Source: Gammaproteobacteria bacterium (GTDB lineage Bacteria; Pseudomonadota; Gammaproteobacteria; S012-40). From it: a stretch of DNA of 64,000 bases. The notes beneath the pieces are model-generated. The model had not been told where the DNA came from, made no database searches, and saw only the letters and a list, made by a program, of their open reading frames with translations. The DNA lies in the NCBI GenBank assembly GCA_919902765.1, contig CAKKRP010000028.1, forward strand, positions 6,743 to 70,742. The letters are read 5' to 3'. Within the stretch, counting starts at the first letter, position 1. Every line of letters starts with the position of its first letter. The translations under genes and the position numbers were made by a program. Of the stretch, positions 10,371-20,402 are shown piece after piece.

Positions 10371-10394
10371 TTTTAACCCAGATTTTCCATTTGC

Positions 10395-12374
10395 CTAATC
10401 CTGAAAACATGCGCCTTGTTTACACACAAATTGCACATGCAGCATCTGCACGGTCAAGATCAAGGTCATCACCCACTCAAGTTTCATTAATTGATAATAA
10501 GACGCCATATCTGTCGCGAACGACGCCTCTAGGATACGCGTACGCAAGGTTTCCACCTGTTCGGGATTGAATATTCCGGCGTTTGTAATCGCGTCCGCCG
10601 ACAGGTACGGGTCTAGCATCTCGTCCATTTCCGGTTCAAAAAACCATTCACGTATCGGCGTATAAAAGGCCTTCTTTTTAAAATTCCAGGGATGTTGCGG
10701 CAGATGCGGCGTGGCTATTTTTTTGAGAATATATTTTTCGTTCATGCCGTTGAGTTTTAAATCCGGCGGAATACGCGCGGCGAGCTCTACCAGCGGATGA
10801 TCTAAAAAAGGTACGCGCGCCTCTACGCCGTGCGCCATACTCATGCGGTCCGTTTTCCACAATATCCAACCTGGTAGGCGTGTTTTTGTCTCTATATATA
10901 AGGATTGATTCACACGATGCCTACCTTCTAAATGGGGCTTCATGACGGCTGCCGCTACGGCCATTTGATCTTGCTGCGCCGCCTGTTGGGTGAAATCCGG
11001 ATTGAACAAGCCGGGCAGTTGGTCGCCGGTGATTTGCCAAAAATCATACCACGCAGGATAACAACCGAATTGTTCCGTCACCTGCCGCTGATGGGTGCGA
11101 TCATGTAGGCGATAAAACATATCGACCTGCGGTTCGGAGAAGTTCATCGTATATTGCGTGAAGTATAATAATCGCCGCAGCTCCGGATTTTGAATATCGT
11201 TGCCCCATAGGCGCATATAGTCTTGACGATAACAATCGTAACCGGCCAGGATTTCATCGGATCCATCGCCCGTATAAACGACTTTATAGCCGCGACTTTT
11301 GACGAGACCGGAAAGCAAATAATAGGGAATATCCAGGCCCATACGCTGCGGTTGCTCAAGGTGATAGACCGCGTTTTCTAATTCTTGCAAATAACCTTGC
11401 CCGCCGTTAGAGGCTAGCGTGATCTCATGGTTCTCTACGCCCAGATGATCGGCGATGCGGTGATAAATCGGCGATTCGTCTAGATTTTCATCTTCAAAAC
11501 GTATCGAAAATGTCTGCACCGGTTTGTCATAGTGATTGGTCAGCAGCCAAGTGGTGGTGGACGAATCTATACCGCCGGATAAGTATGCGCCTATCGGCAC
11601 CTCGCCTATGGTATGACAGGCGGCGGATGCGTCGAGCGCCGTTTGAAACTCTTTTTCCCAATAGCTTTCCGCGTGCGTTTCATAATCGTTTTCACGCGGA
11701 AATTCGATATCCCAATATTGTTGAATATGCGGCGCTTGTCCCGGTGTCAGCGTCAGGTGGTGGCCGGGGGGCAGTTCAAAAATATCCGCAAACGGCGTAT
11801 TCGGTGAAATCGCAAACTGATAGGTAAAATAGCTGCGTATCGATGCCGGATTAAGTCGCGGTTCGACGCGCCCGGAGGCGTAGATGGATTTAATTTCGGA
11901 CGCAGCAAAAAAATCCGTGTTGTTCCAGTGGTAAAATAGCGGCTTGATCCCGAGACGATCACGCGCCAGGAATAGGCGTTGCTTTTCCCTGTCATGGATT
12001 GCAAAACTAAACATGCCGCGCAATTTGGTGACGCAAGCATCCGCTTCGCGTATATACAATTGTAAAATGACTTCGGTGTCCGAAGTGCTCTTAAAGCGCA
12101 CACCTTGAGCGTCCAATTGTTTGCGCAATTCACGAAAATTATATATTTCGCCGTTGAAAACGATGGCGTATCTTCCGTCTTGGCTGAGCATGGGTTGCGC
12201 ACCCTGCGCGATGTCCACGATGGACAATCGGGTGTGGCCTAGCGCGGCGGGGCCACGCAACACCGTCGCATCGTCATCCGGTCCGCGATGTGTGAGTGCG
12301 CGAGTCATCCGATCTATACATGATTGATTGGCCGCGTTGCCGTTAGCATGATACAAAACTGCGATGCCGCACAT
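10395..12374 (-). CDS. Asparagine synthetase (glutamine-hydrolysing) family amidotransferase, AsnB-like
   Basis: Begins MCGIAVLY with the Cys2 nucleophile of class-II glutamine amidotransferases. It has an SGGIDSS PP-loop motif. At 659 aa it is longer than housekeeping AsnB, suggesting a polysaccharide/secondary-metabolism paralog. Confidence 0.85.
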   Translation of the reverse strand: MCGIAVLYHANGNAANQSCIDRMTRALTHRGPDDDATVLRGPAALGHTRLSIVDIAQGAQPMLSQDGRYAIVFNGEIYNFRELRKQLDAQGVRFKSTSDTEVILQLYIREADACVTKLRGMFSFAIHDREKQRLFLARDRLGIKPLFYHWNNTDFFAASEIKSIYASGRVEPRLNPASIRSYFTYQFAISPNTPFADIFELPPGHHLTLTPGQAPHIQQYWDIEFPRENDYETHAESYWEKEFQTALDASAACHTIGEVPIGAYLSGGIDSSTTTWLLTNHYDKPVQTFSIRFEDENLDESPIYHRIADHLGVENHEITLASNGGQGYLQELENAVYHLEQPQRMGLDIPYYLLSGLVKSRGYKVVYTGDGSDEILAGYDCYRQDYMRLWGNDIQNPELRRLLYFTQYTMNFSEPQVDMFYRLHDRTHQRQVTEQFGCYPAWYDFWQITGDQLPGLFNPDFTQQAAQQDQMAVAAAVMKPHLEGRHRVNQSLYIETKTRLPGWILWKTDRMSMAHGVEARVPFLDHPLVELAARIPPDLKLNGMNEKYILKKIATPHLPQHPWNFKKKAFYTPIREWFFEPEMDEMLDPYLSADAITNAGIFNPEQVETLRTRILEASFATDMASYYQLMKLEWVMTLILTVQMLHVQFVCKQGACFQD

Positions 12375-12474
12375 GAGTCACATCCGCCAAGTTGGGTTGA
12401 GGCAGTCAATCTAGCAACTAACCCAACACGCGTCAACTTATCGGTGTGGTCATGGCGCTGGTCAACGCCTCGAT

Positions 12475-14280
12475 TCAATGCCCACGATACATTTCCGCGA
12501 TTTCTGCCGCGAATTTTTGCAAAATTTGCGCGCGACGTATTTTCAGCGACGGGGTCATCAACTCATTTTCCACCGTCCATGCATCCAATGTTAACGTAAC
12601 GCGACGGATTTGCGCGTAGCCGGGGAATTGATTGAGACGCGCGCCTAGGCGTTGCAAAATCGCTTGATGTGTACCTTCATTACGCAGCATTTCGGGGGTA
12701 CTGGATATGCCTAGTTTTTTAGCGAATTCCGCCCACAAAGCGGCATTCAGGACGATGATTGCCGTTAAGTAAGGTTTGTTTTCTCCAATCACCAAAACTT
12801 GCTCAAACATTGGATCGAGTGAGATCGCCATTTCCATATCGACGGGGGGCACCTTTTCACCATTTGATAAGACCAGGATTTCCTTAATGCGCCCAGTGAC
12901 ATAAATATGTCCGCGCTCGCCAATGCGGGCGAGGTCGCCGGTATGCAGCCATCCGTCTGTGTCTATGGTGTTGCGCGTGGCCTCTTGCATATTCCAGTAT
13001 CCCATCATCACGCTGGGGTTGCGTGTCAGCAACTCACCGTTGGCGGCGACTTTTACTTCGCTGCCTGGCCGCGGCGGGCCTATACTCGCGGGAATATTGT
13101 CCTGCATAGGATTAACGCTACTGCCCGGGCTGGACTCGGTGAGGCCATACCCCTGACAAATAGGCAAGCCTAGTCCAATAAAGGTGCGCGCGATCGGCGT
13201 CGAAAGGGCCGAGCCGCCGCTGATCGACATGCGCATGCGGCCGCCTAATTTGGCGAGGACTTTTTTTGCCACTAACGCATTCAAGAGCGGCCACATCAAC
13301 AGTTTGGGGTGCCACGCGCAACGTTGCTGTTGGTGTTCAAATCGATACCATCCGACATTGACCGCCGCCTGAAATAAGGCGCGCGCGATAGGCGATTTCT
13401 CTTGCATTTGGGTTTGAATTTTGGCGTATACACGCTCGAAAATTCGCGGCACCGTGATCAGTACCGTTGGTTTCACGCTGATTAAATCTTCACCCAATTC
13501 CGCAACAGAACGCGCAAACGCGACGCTCGCACCGGTCATCATAGGGATGTAATATCCTACGGTGCGTTCTAGCGTGTGTGACAACGGTAAAAAAGACAAA
13601 AATATATCATTGTTATATACCGCAACGGCGCTAATTCCCGCGTAGGCGTTGAAAAGAATATTACGATGACTCAGCATCACCCCTTTGGGGCGGCCAGTGG
13701 TGCCGGAGGTATAGACGATAGTGGCAAGATCATCGGCCTTGATGTCGGGGTGCGACGTAGCATTCCCCGTAGCCCCCACGAGCCAGGCGTCTAGGGTGGA
13801 CACGCGGGGCTCCTGCGGACTGTTCAACGGCGCTACGCTGACCACACGGAACGTGGCTGGAAATTCCCGCATGACGGGCTGCACGTTTTGCCATTGATCG
13901 TTGTTTTCGATAAGTAACAACTTGATTTGGGCATCATTTACGATATAAGAAATATTATCAGGTCTATCATTGGGATAGAGCGGTACTACGACTAGGCCTA
14001 GGCTCAGCGCAGCCTGCTCAAAATGGACCCAGACCGGACAATTTCGCAGCATGACGCCAACGCGGTCGCCTGGGGCGAGCTTTTCCAGGGCCAAGGCGGC
14101 GCGATAGCGATCTACCTGATTGGCCGCCTCTTGCCACGTCAGGCTGCACCAGGCGCGGGTGGCGCGATCAAAATGGCGGTAGGCGAGGGCCTGAGGGCTG
14201 CGGGTAACGCGCAAACTAAACAAGCCTGAAAGGGTGAGTGCTTGCTGTGGGGTAATTGCGTCGATCTTAGATTCAGCCAT
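12475..14280 (-). CDS. AMP-dependent synthetase/ligase (long-chain acyl-CoA synthetase-like)
   Basis: AMP-binding motif YTSGTTGRPKGVMLSHRNI. Start placed at MAESKIDAIT (ATG 14280) with a GAGGA SD. The track ORF extends to 14382. Confidence 0.85.
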   Translation of the reverse strand: MAESKIDAITPQQALTLSGLFSLRVTRSPQALAYRHFDRATRAWCSLTWQEAANQVDRYRAALALEKLAPGDRVGVMLRNCPVWVHFEQAALSLGLVVVPLYPNDRPDNISYIVNDAQIKLLLIENNDQWQNVQPVMREFPATFRVVSVAPLNSPQEPRVSTLDAWLVGATGNATSHPDIKADDLATIVYTSGTTGRPKGVMLSHRNILFNAYAGISAVAVYNNDIFLSFLPLSHTLERTVGYYIPMMTGASVAFARSVAELGEDLISVKPTVLITVPRIFERVYAKIQTQMQEKSPIARALFQAAVNVGWYRFEHQQQRCAWHPKLLMWPLLNALVAKKVLAKLGGRMRMSISGGSALSTPIARTFIGLGLPICQGYGLTESSPGSSVNPMQDNIPASIGPPRPGSEVKVAANGELLTRNPSVMMGYWNMQEATRNTIDTDGWLHTGDLARIGERGHIYVTGRIKEILVLSNGEKVPPVDMEMAISLDPMFEQVLVIGENKPYLTAIIVLNAALWAEFAKKLGISSTPEMLRNEGTHQAILQRLGARLNQFPGYAQIRRVTLTLDAWTVENELMTPSLKIRRAQILQKFAAEIAEMYRGH

Positions 14281-14551
14281 GGGGTATTTATCCTCAATTC
14301 CATAGAGCAATATAGGGGTATCGGTAAAAATGGCGCGCTTATGTAGTATTATGAACGATATGTGTTTAAGTGGGGAGCGCAATCCATTGATATTTAATAT
14401 CTTAGAATACTCAAGTTAGCGCATAAAAGGGAGAGGGTAAACACCTTTAATTATTCCATAACAATAATCTGGTATTAATGCCAGCCAATAATATTGGTAT
14501 TACTAAGTGAGTTTAGATTTAGTAAAATATTGGTGGTGATTTGGGATTACA

Positions 14552-16735
14552 ATGGCACAGGTAAAACTGGTCTATAACGCAGATAGGGGTTGGATGATTC
14601 CCATAACCGGAGAAGGGGTAGATAGTAGGCTAGGCGGCGCTCAGTCGAGGATCTGTTATGTCGATGATTCGCGCACCTCCACCTATGTTACAACCAAGGT
14701 TTTGAAGCAATACGGCTACGCGGTTGAACATTTCGAGCGTAGCGATGCTGCGTTAGAGGTTTTGCTGGATCAACATTTTGATCTGTTGTTGTTGGATTTT
14801 GCCGCCTCTGGCGCAGAGGGGTTGGGCGGTGAACACCTAATCCGCATCATACGCGGCAGCGGACATCCACGCAGTGCAGTGTTGCCGATTATCGTATTGG
14901 TGGGGAATAACGATCAAGCGGCGGTAGGTCAACTGAAACAATCCGGCGCCAACGACGTCATCATGAAACCGCTCAAAGGCAAAGAGCTGGACCAGGTGAT
15001 ACGACGCCTAGTCGCAAACTACCATAACCATCTTGGAATGGCCCCTGCGCATAAGGCCGCCGTAACGCCCGCGATAGATAGCGCAAACATCAAATCCAGC
15101 GGTGGGGCGGCATCAACGCGTCCGAAAAAAGTATATTCCGTATTAGAGTTGCAGCAGCGTTTTGGCGAGATTCCGACGGGCAAGACGCAAGAACATTCTG
15201 CTGCGCCGCCTACCCCGGAAACCTCACCTACGTCAGCAGCCCCAGCGGCGCCAAGGTCAACGCAAGATGTTCCGATTTTAGATAATGCCGTGCGCGGCAG
15301 CGAAGAGCGTGGCGCAGACATTACGCAAACAGTCCCCACGCTACAAACGCTGGCGACGATTGTAGATGCGCGTATTGTGGAAAAACTGTCGGCGGCGGTA
15401 GCCCAAAAATCTGAGCAATTGGCGGTCATAGATGCGCGCGGCGAGGTTATCCATGAAGCCGAGACTAAAATGCTACCACTGGCCAAACCTGCTGCGCAAG
15501 CACAAAAAAATAACACACCTGTTACGGATGCTACAACTCCTTTAGACAGTGGGTTGATGGCATTGCTGGAAAAGTTAGAGCACGGTCAAGACCGCACCGC
15601 CCCCAATCCATTTCAAAGTTCGTATATGCCGCCCAAGCTGGATTGGATGGCGCCCGCAAAAAATGTGCTTTCATGGAAGCTGATTGCGATAGGCGTGGGG
15701 ATAGGCGTTGCGATATTCGGGTATCAAAAATGGACTACGCGCGAATCGGCGGCATTCAATGTCGTAGTCGCGGAACGGGGTGCCATTTATGAATCGATTT
15801 CCGTTCCGGCCAAGGTGGTCAGCAAACGCATCGCCGAAATCACACCTTATTCTGCTGGGCAACTGATCAAGATCGAAGTTAAGGAAGGCGATAGCGTCGC
15901 CACCGGGCGGGTCTTAGCGGTATTGGATGACAGGGATGCGCAGAGTAACGTCAAACGCACGCAAGCGACGTTGTTGAGTATGGAAGAAGAAGTCAGCCGT
16001 ACGAACAAAAATCTACAGCGTCTACAACGCGCCCTCGAATTGGGCGCTGTTTCACGCCAACGCGTAGAAGACGCGGAAGGCGAGTGGCGCGCCGCGACCG
16101 CCCGTCAGAGTATTACGGAAGAGGAATTACGCTCTACTAAATTGGCCTTGGAACGGTTGCAAATCGTCGCCCCTTTTGATGGGGTAGTGACCTCTATTAT
16201 CGCGAATTCCGGCAAATGGATCGCGCCACCGGAAATTATCATGACGGTGGTGGATATCGCCGCCCAAGAAGTGATTGCGAAAGTGGATGCCGCCGATGCG
16301 CCGGCGATACAAATCGGCCATGAAGTGATGCTATCTAACGAGTCCTTTGCCGGGAAGAAATGGAAAGAAAAGGTCTCGCGCGTTGCGGCGACCACCAAGA
16401 AAGATAATGCGCCGAATTCGATAGATGTCGTTATTACGCTGAGCGCCAGCGCGCCCGCGTTACGGGTAGGCCAACAAGTGGATGCAGAAATTCGTTTGCG
16501 TGGCAAGTCGGATGTGGTAAAGATCCCTGTGCATGCCTTGATCAACAAAAGCGGATCGCCGATGGTGCCGGTGTTGCAGGGAGACATCGTGCGTCTCGTA
16601 CCGGTGGTGACCGGGATAGAAGATATTACCTCCGTAGAAATAGTGCGTGGGATAGAAGACGGCGAACAAATCGTTATAACAAACGGCAAAGAAGTCAATG
16701 ACGGCCAACACATACGTGTGTTGGGCAATAGTTAA
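14552..16735 (+). CDS. Response-regulator receiver domain fused to HlyD-family membrane fusion protein (periplasmic adaptor)
   Basis: The N-terminus has a CheY-like REC (ICYVDDS…LLLLDF…IIVLVG…IMKPL). A long Ala/Pro/Thr-rich linker and a TM helix (LSWKLIAIGVGIGVAIFGY) follow. The C-terminal region has HlyD/MacA-like biotin-lipoyl and beta-barrel regions (AKVVSKRIAEITPYSAGQLIKIEVKEGDSVATGRVLAVLD…). Confidence 0.75.
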   Translation: MAQVKLVYNADRGWMIPITGEGVDSRLGGAQSRICYVDDSRTSTYVTTKVLKQYGYAVEHFERSDAALEVLLDQHFDLLLLDFAASGAEGLGGEHLIRIIRGSGHPRSAVLPIIVLVGNNDQAAVGQLKQSGANDVIMKPLKGKELDQVIRRLVANYHNHLGMAPAHKAAVTPAIDSANIKSSGGAASTRPKKVYSVLELQQRFGEIPTGKTQEHSAAPPTPETSPTSAAPAAPRSTQDVPILDNAVRGSEERGADITQTVPTLQTLATIVDARIVEKLSAAVAQKSEQLAVIDARGEVIHEAETKMLPLAKPAAQAQKNNTPVTDATTPLDSGLMALLEKLEHGQDRTAPNPFQSSYMPPKLDWMAPAKNVLSWKLIAIGVGIGVAIFGYQKWTTRESAAFNVVVAERGAIYESISVPAKVVSKRIAEITPYSAGQLIKIEVKEGDSVATGRVLAVLDDRDAQSNVKRTQATLLSMEEEVSRTNKNLQRLQRALELGAVSRQRVEDAEGEWRAATARQSITEEELRSTKLALERLQIVAPFDGVVTSIIANSGKWIAPPEIIMTVVDIAAQEVIAKVDAADAPAIQIGHEVMLSNESFAGKKWKEKVSRVAATTKKDNAPNSIDVVITLSASAPALRVGQQVDAEIRLRGKSDVVKIPVHALINKSGSPMVPVLQGDIVRLVPVVTGIEDITSVEIVRGIEDGEQIVITNGKEVNDGQHIRVLGNS

Positions 16736-16804
16736 TTTTAGTTCCAGGTTCCCTTAAACAAATTTATCTCGAATCCGCTGTGCGACAAGGGTCAGTGTGA
16801 GGAT

Positions 16805-17530
16805 ATGGCGTTTTCTATTCCCAATTTTTCGAGCAACAAAAGCAATGTTCGTCCGATCATACAATTGGAAGGCGTTTCTAAATCATACACCATTGAGCAT
16901 GCCAGCATCGTCGCATTAAACGAAGTTTCGCTGACCATTTACCCCGGTGAATTTGTTGCGGTGACCGGCGCGTCAGGCTCCGGCAAATCGACGTTGATGG
17001 CGCTCATTGGATGCCTGGACCGGCCCGATACCGGCGATATAAACCTGGACGGCGAACCGGTAGGCCACATCAACGATGAGCGGATAGCCACACTACGCAA
17101 TAGAAGAATTGGATTTATTTTCCAGTCGTTTAATTTGATACCACGGTTGACTACGCTGCAAAATGTTGAATTACCAATGGTTTATGCAGGTACTCCACCG
17201 TTGAAAAGGCGTCGGCATGCGATGATTGCGCTGCAAATTGTGGGTATGCAACAACGCGCGCAACATACCCCCACGCAGTTATCCGGCGGGCAGCAACAAC
17301 GTGTCGCGATAGCGCGCGCGCTGGTCAATAACCCCGATATCATACTAGCGGATGAACCGACCGGTAGTTTGGATGCCGGGAATGTCGATGAGGTGATGAA
17401 GTTGCTGTCGCAGCTCAATAAAAACGGCAAAACCATCGTCATAGTCACGCACGATATGCAAGTGGCGAATTACGCGCAGCGCACCCTGTATATGCGCGAC
17501 GGCACTATTATATCGGACATTAGGCGATAA
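16805..17530 (+). CDS. MacB/LolD-type ABC transporter ATP-binding protein
   Basis: Walker [11 protein letters not shown]-loop, signature [15 protein letters not shown] and Walker [12 protein letters not shown] are present. Confidence 0.9.
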   Translation: MAFSIPNFSSNKSNVRPIIQLEGVSKSYTIEHASIVALNEVSLTIYPGEFVAVTGASGSGKSTLMALIGCLDRPDTGDINLDGEPVGHINDERIATLRNRRIGFIFQSFNLIPRLTTLQNVELPMVYAGTPPLKRRRHAMIALQIVGMQQRAQHTPTQLSGGQQQRVAIARALVNNPDIILADEPTGSLDAGNVDEVMKLLSQLNKNGKTIVIVTHDMQVANYAQRTLYMRDGTIISDIRR

Positions 17531-17532
17531 AC

Positions 17533-18795
17533 GTGCGTACTGCGGCGGATTGGAAAGAATACCTGGGTGAATCCTTAGCGCAAGCGATGTTGGCGTTAAA
17601 GGACAATCGTCAACGCACGTTGATGAGCATTATCGGCGTAGCCGTGGGCATCGCAGCGGTGATGTCGGTAGGCATTGTCAGCCAAGGGGGCAGGCAATAT
17701 ATTTTCAGTGAGTTGGAGAGCTTTGGTCTCAAAACGTTATGGGTTTATCGAGATCGTGACCAGAAAAATTCCTTAGACCTGGCGCGCGAAGGCAGTGGGA
17801 TCACCAATGAAGACTATGCAGCGCTGTTGACCGGCGGTTGTTGCAGTACGGTAGCGCGTTTTAGCGCCGTAGTATATCCCATGGATTGGCAGGCCTCCAT
17901 CAAATTGGGGAGCTTGCAGGTGCGGGCCAATGTAGAGGGTGTGGATACCGAATATCTCAATATTAATAATGACCAAGTGAGTCAAGGGCGTCCGTTTTCC
18001 ACTGAGGATATCAAACGTCGTCAAGCCGTGGTGCTGATCGGCGAGTCGGTACGTAAGTCCTTGTTTAACAATCATCCCTTACCGGTAGGCAAAACCTTGC
18101 GGATAGGCGAAACGCAATTTACTGTGATCGGATTGCTCAAGGAAAAACGCCGGGATTTTTTAACCAGCATGGGCGCAACACAGGAATTTGACGTGAACAA
18201 TCGCGTGTTGATTCCGTATACGCTGTTTCAGCAAATGTTGGGCATACAAGAAATCCAAACGTTACAGGCAGAGGTGTTGGATCAAAAAAAAATTAATCCC
18301 GGGATCGCTGAAATACAGGATTTTTTGTCCAAACAACATCGCGGGCGCTATAAATATAGGGCCGACAGTATGCTCGAATGGACCCAAACCGCGAATCGCA
18401 TTGTCTATGGCATTACGTTTATCGGCGTCTTAGCCGCATCTGTGGCGTTGTTTGTGGGCGGGATAGGGATAATGAATATCATGTCGACCGCCGTGATAGA
18501 ACGCACACGCGAAATCGGTATACGGATGGCGATAGGCGCGAAACGCAAAGACATTTTGTGGCAGTTCCTCATCGAGGCGGCATTGATAAGTCTGATCGGC
18601 GGCCTGCTGGGATTGTTACTCGGTGCGGGCGTGTTGGTGATACTCGCGCGCTGGACGGGTTTTCCGCTGCAAGCGGATGCCGTGTTGATTTTATTGGCCT
18701 TGTTAGTCGCAGTCGGCGTGGGGTTGGCCTCAGGTTTTTATCCGGCGCGGCGCGCCGCTGGGATGAATCCAGTGGATGCCTTGCGCTACGAGTAA
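17533..18795 (+). CDS. ABC transporter permease, FtsX/MacB-like
   Basis: 420 aa with an N-terminal TM, a large periplasmic domain and a C-terminal FtsX-type 3-TM bundle (GIGIMNIMSTAVIERTREIGIRMAIGA). Translationally coupled to the ATPase. Confidence 0.85.
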   Translation: MRTAADWKEYLGESLAQAMLALKDNRQRTLMSIIGVAVGIAAVMSVGIVSQGGRQYIFSELESFGLKTLWVYRDRDQKNSLDLAREGSGITNEDYAALLTGGCCSTVARFSAVVYPMDWQASIKLGSLQVRANVEGVDTEYLNINNDQVSQGRPFSTEDIKRRQAVVLIGESVRKSLFNNHPLPVGKTLRIGETQFTVIGLLKEKRRDFLTSMGATQEFDVNNRVLIPYTLFQQMLGIQEIQTLQAEVLDQKKINPGIAEIQDFLSKQHRGRYKYRADSMLEWTQTANRIVYGITFIGVLAASVALFVGGIGIMNIMSTAVIERTREIGIRMAIGAKRKDILWQFLIEAALISLIGGLLGLLLGAGVLVILARWTGFPLQADAVLILLALLVAVGVGLASGFYPARRAAGMNPVDALRYE

Positions 18796-18811
18796 GGTCG
18801 AAATTTTTTAG

Positions 18812-19570
18812 TTATGGCGAAACCGCAATATTGGTCTCCACCAGTGCGATTTCATCGTAACTATACATTTTGGCGCTCGCGCTATCGAGAAAACTCATGC
18901 TGGCTTTTACCATGCCCAGCGGCGGATACACCCAGACAGTGCCATTATAAAGCGGAAAATTCGCATTGAAATTCTGTTTAAATTTTATGCGATAACATTC
19001 AAAAAAGCCGAATGGCGTTTCGACCACCTCGGTAGTTTCAATATAGTAATCCATAGATCCACCGGTGATTTTATTGCTACATAGTTGATCGCGACAAGTC
19101 ACAAATGAAAAAACGGTGGTCGGTTGCGTTGCGCCTACGGTCAAATTTGTCGGATACAGGGTTATTCCATACTTGTCGTTGTTATCCACGAGATAGTTAA
19201 CCGCAGTGCCGCCTTCTTGCTGTAGCGCGAACAAGACGCTACGGTCTTTTTCTTGTTGAATGTAATAAAACATCGTGCGTGGCGGTTGATTAAAGGGCGT
19301 GATGGAATTGCTGATACGCATCAGATTGGCGGGGACTTGCGAGGATGGCGAGGGCGGCGGGAGTGGCACGTTTTGCCAGCGTGTGATCCAATCTCCTGAA
19401 AAGCTGCTGCCGTCACCATTAAATGCGAGAAATTGGTAGCGCAAATAGTCGCCATTGCTATAGGCGCGCCACGTGGTATTCTTTAAATTAAAATGTTGTT
19501 TATCGCGTGGCGGGGCGCACGCCACCATCAATGTGCAGGCGCAGAGTATCCAAAGTAAACGTTTCATCAT
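18812..19570 (-). CDS. Hypothetical lipoprotein/secreted protein
   Basis: Signal peptide with a lipobox-like LMVAC. No recognisable domain. Confidence 0.45.
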   Translation of the reverse strand: MMKRLLWILCACTLMVACAPPRDKQHFNLKNTTWRAYSNGDYLRYQFLAFNGDGSSFSGDWITRWQNVPLPPPSPSSQVPANLMRISNSITPFNQPPRTMFYYIQQEKDRSVLFALQQEGGTAVNYLVDNNDKYGITLYPTNLTVGATQPTTVFSFVTCRDQLCSNKITGGSMDYYIETTEVVETPFGFFECYRIKFKQNFNANFPLYNGTVWVYPPLGMVKASMSFLDSASAKMYSYDEIALVETNIAVSP

Positions 19571-19652
19571 ATGAAAACTAGTATAATATCATGTTATTAA
19601 GATTGCATTTGGGCCGTCAACACGCCCGCTGAAAGGTAATTATAACGCGCAA

Positions 19653-20223
19653 TTAGCGCGGCTCCCGATTTTTTTTCGTACGCAATAACACATACAGGGC
19701 ACCGGTGCCGCCGTCTTGCGCGCGCGCAGAACTATAGGCCAGCACATCGTCGCGCCGTTGTAGCCACAGGCCGACCTTGCCCTTTAAGATAGGTCGTTTA
19801 TGCGGCAGACCCATTGCCTTTACCATGAATAATACGCAGCGTGCGCAGTCCGCGTGCCTGGCACGCGTGCAGAAATGTACTCAAGGCGTTGGCGGCCGCC
19901 ACGACAGTTAAGCCATGTAAATCCAATTCCGCCTGGACCGCATACTGGCCGCGTCGCAGTTTGCGCATCACCGTCGGTGGAACTTCAGCGCGCCGAAAGC
20001 TCAATGCATCGCCCGTATCTAAGGTTTCCTCGTCGAGGCTGAACGGTGCCATAGATTCTTGCATCACCCGCTGTTCATCCTGCAACCTTTGGTGGGGAAT
20101 GGGGGCAGGGGGGACGCGTTGGTTCTCCGGCGCGGGGAAATCCAAGCGACGCACATCGGCCACCGCATCCCTAAACAAGGTGCGGTCTTCGGTCGTAACG
20201 ATGGGCGGCTTTTTGCGTCTCAT
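19653..20223 (-). pseudogene. Smr-domain protein (SmrB/YfcN-like) disrupted by a frameshift
   Basis: The N-terminal part (…LDLHGLTVVAAANALSTFLHACQARGLRTLRIIHGKGNGSAA*) stops at TAA 19798-19800. The conserved Smr C-terminus continues in the +1 frame to TAA at 19653-19655 (KRPILKGKVGLWLQRRDDVLAYSSARAQDGGTGALYVLLRTKKNREPR). The break lies at a GGG run. Confidence 0.6.
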
Positions 20224-20402
20224 GGGTACTTACGATGCGCGCTGGCGACGGTATGCCGGGTATAAATTTTAGTGCGTGGCGCTTGGAAAAGTATATACCC
20301 ACCCCCTATGCGCCGTGCTTTTGGTTATACTAGCATTGAGCTTATATCCCACTCTGTGGCAGGCGCTATCTGTAGGTTATACAGTGTACTGAGGAGTCAT
20401 GA

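Noticed and set aside
19640-19680. GCGC-aatta-GCGC hairpin followed by T8 on the plus strand
   Set aside because: It lies inside the frameshifted smr coding tail, where the A8 run on the coding strand encodes KK. There is no upstream plus-strand gene within 800 bp to terminate.
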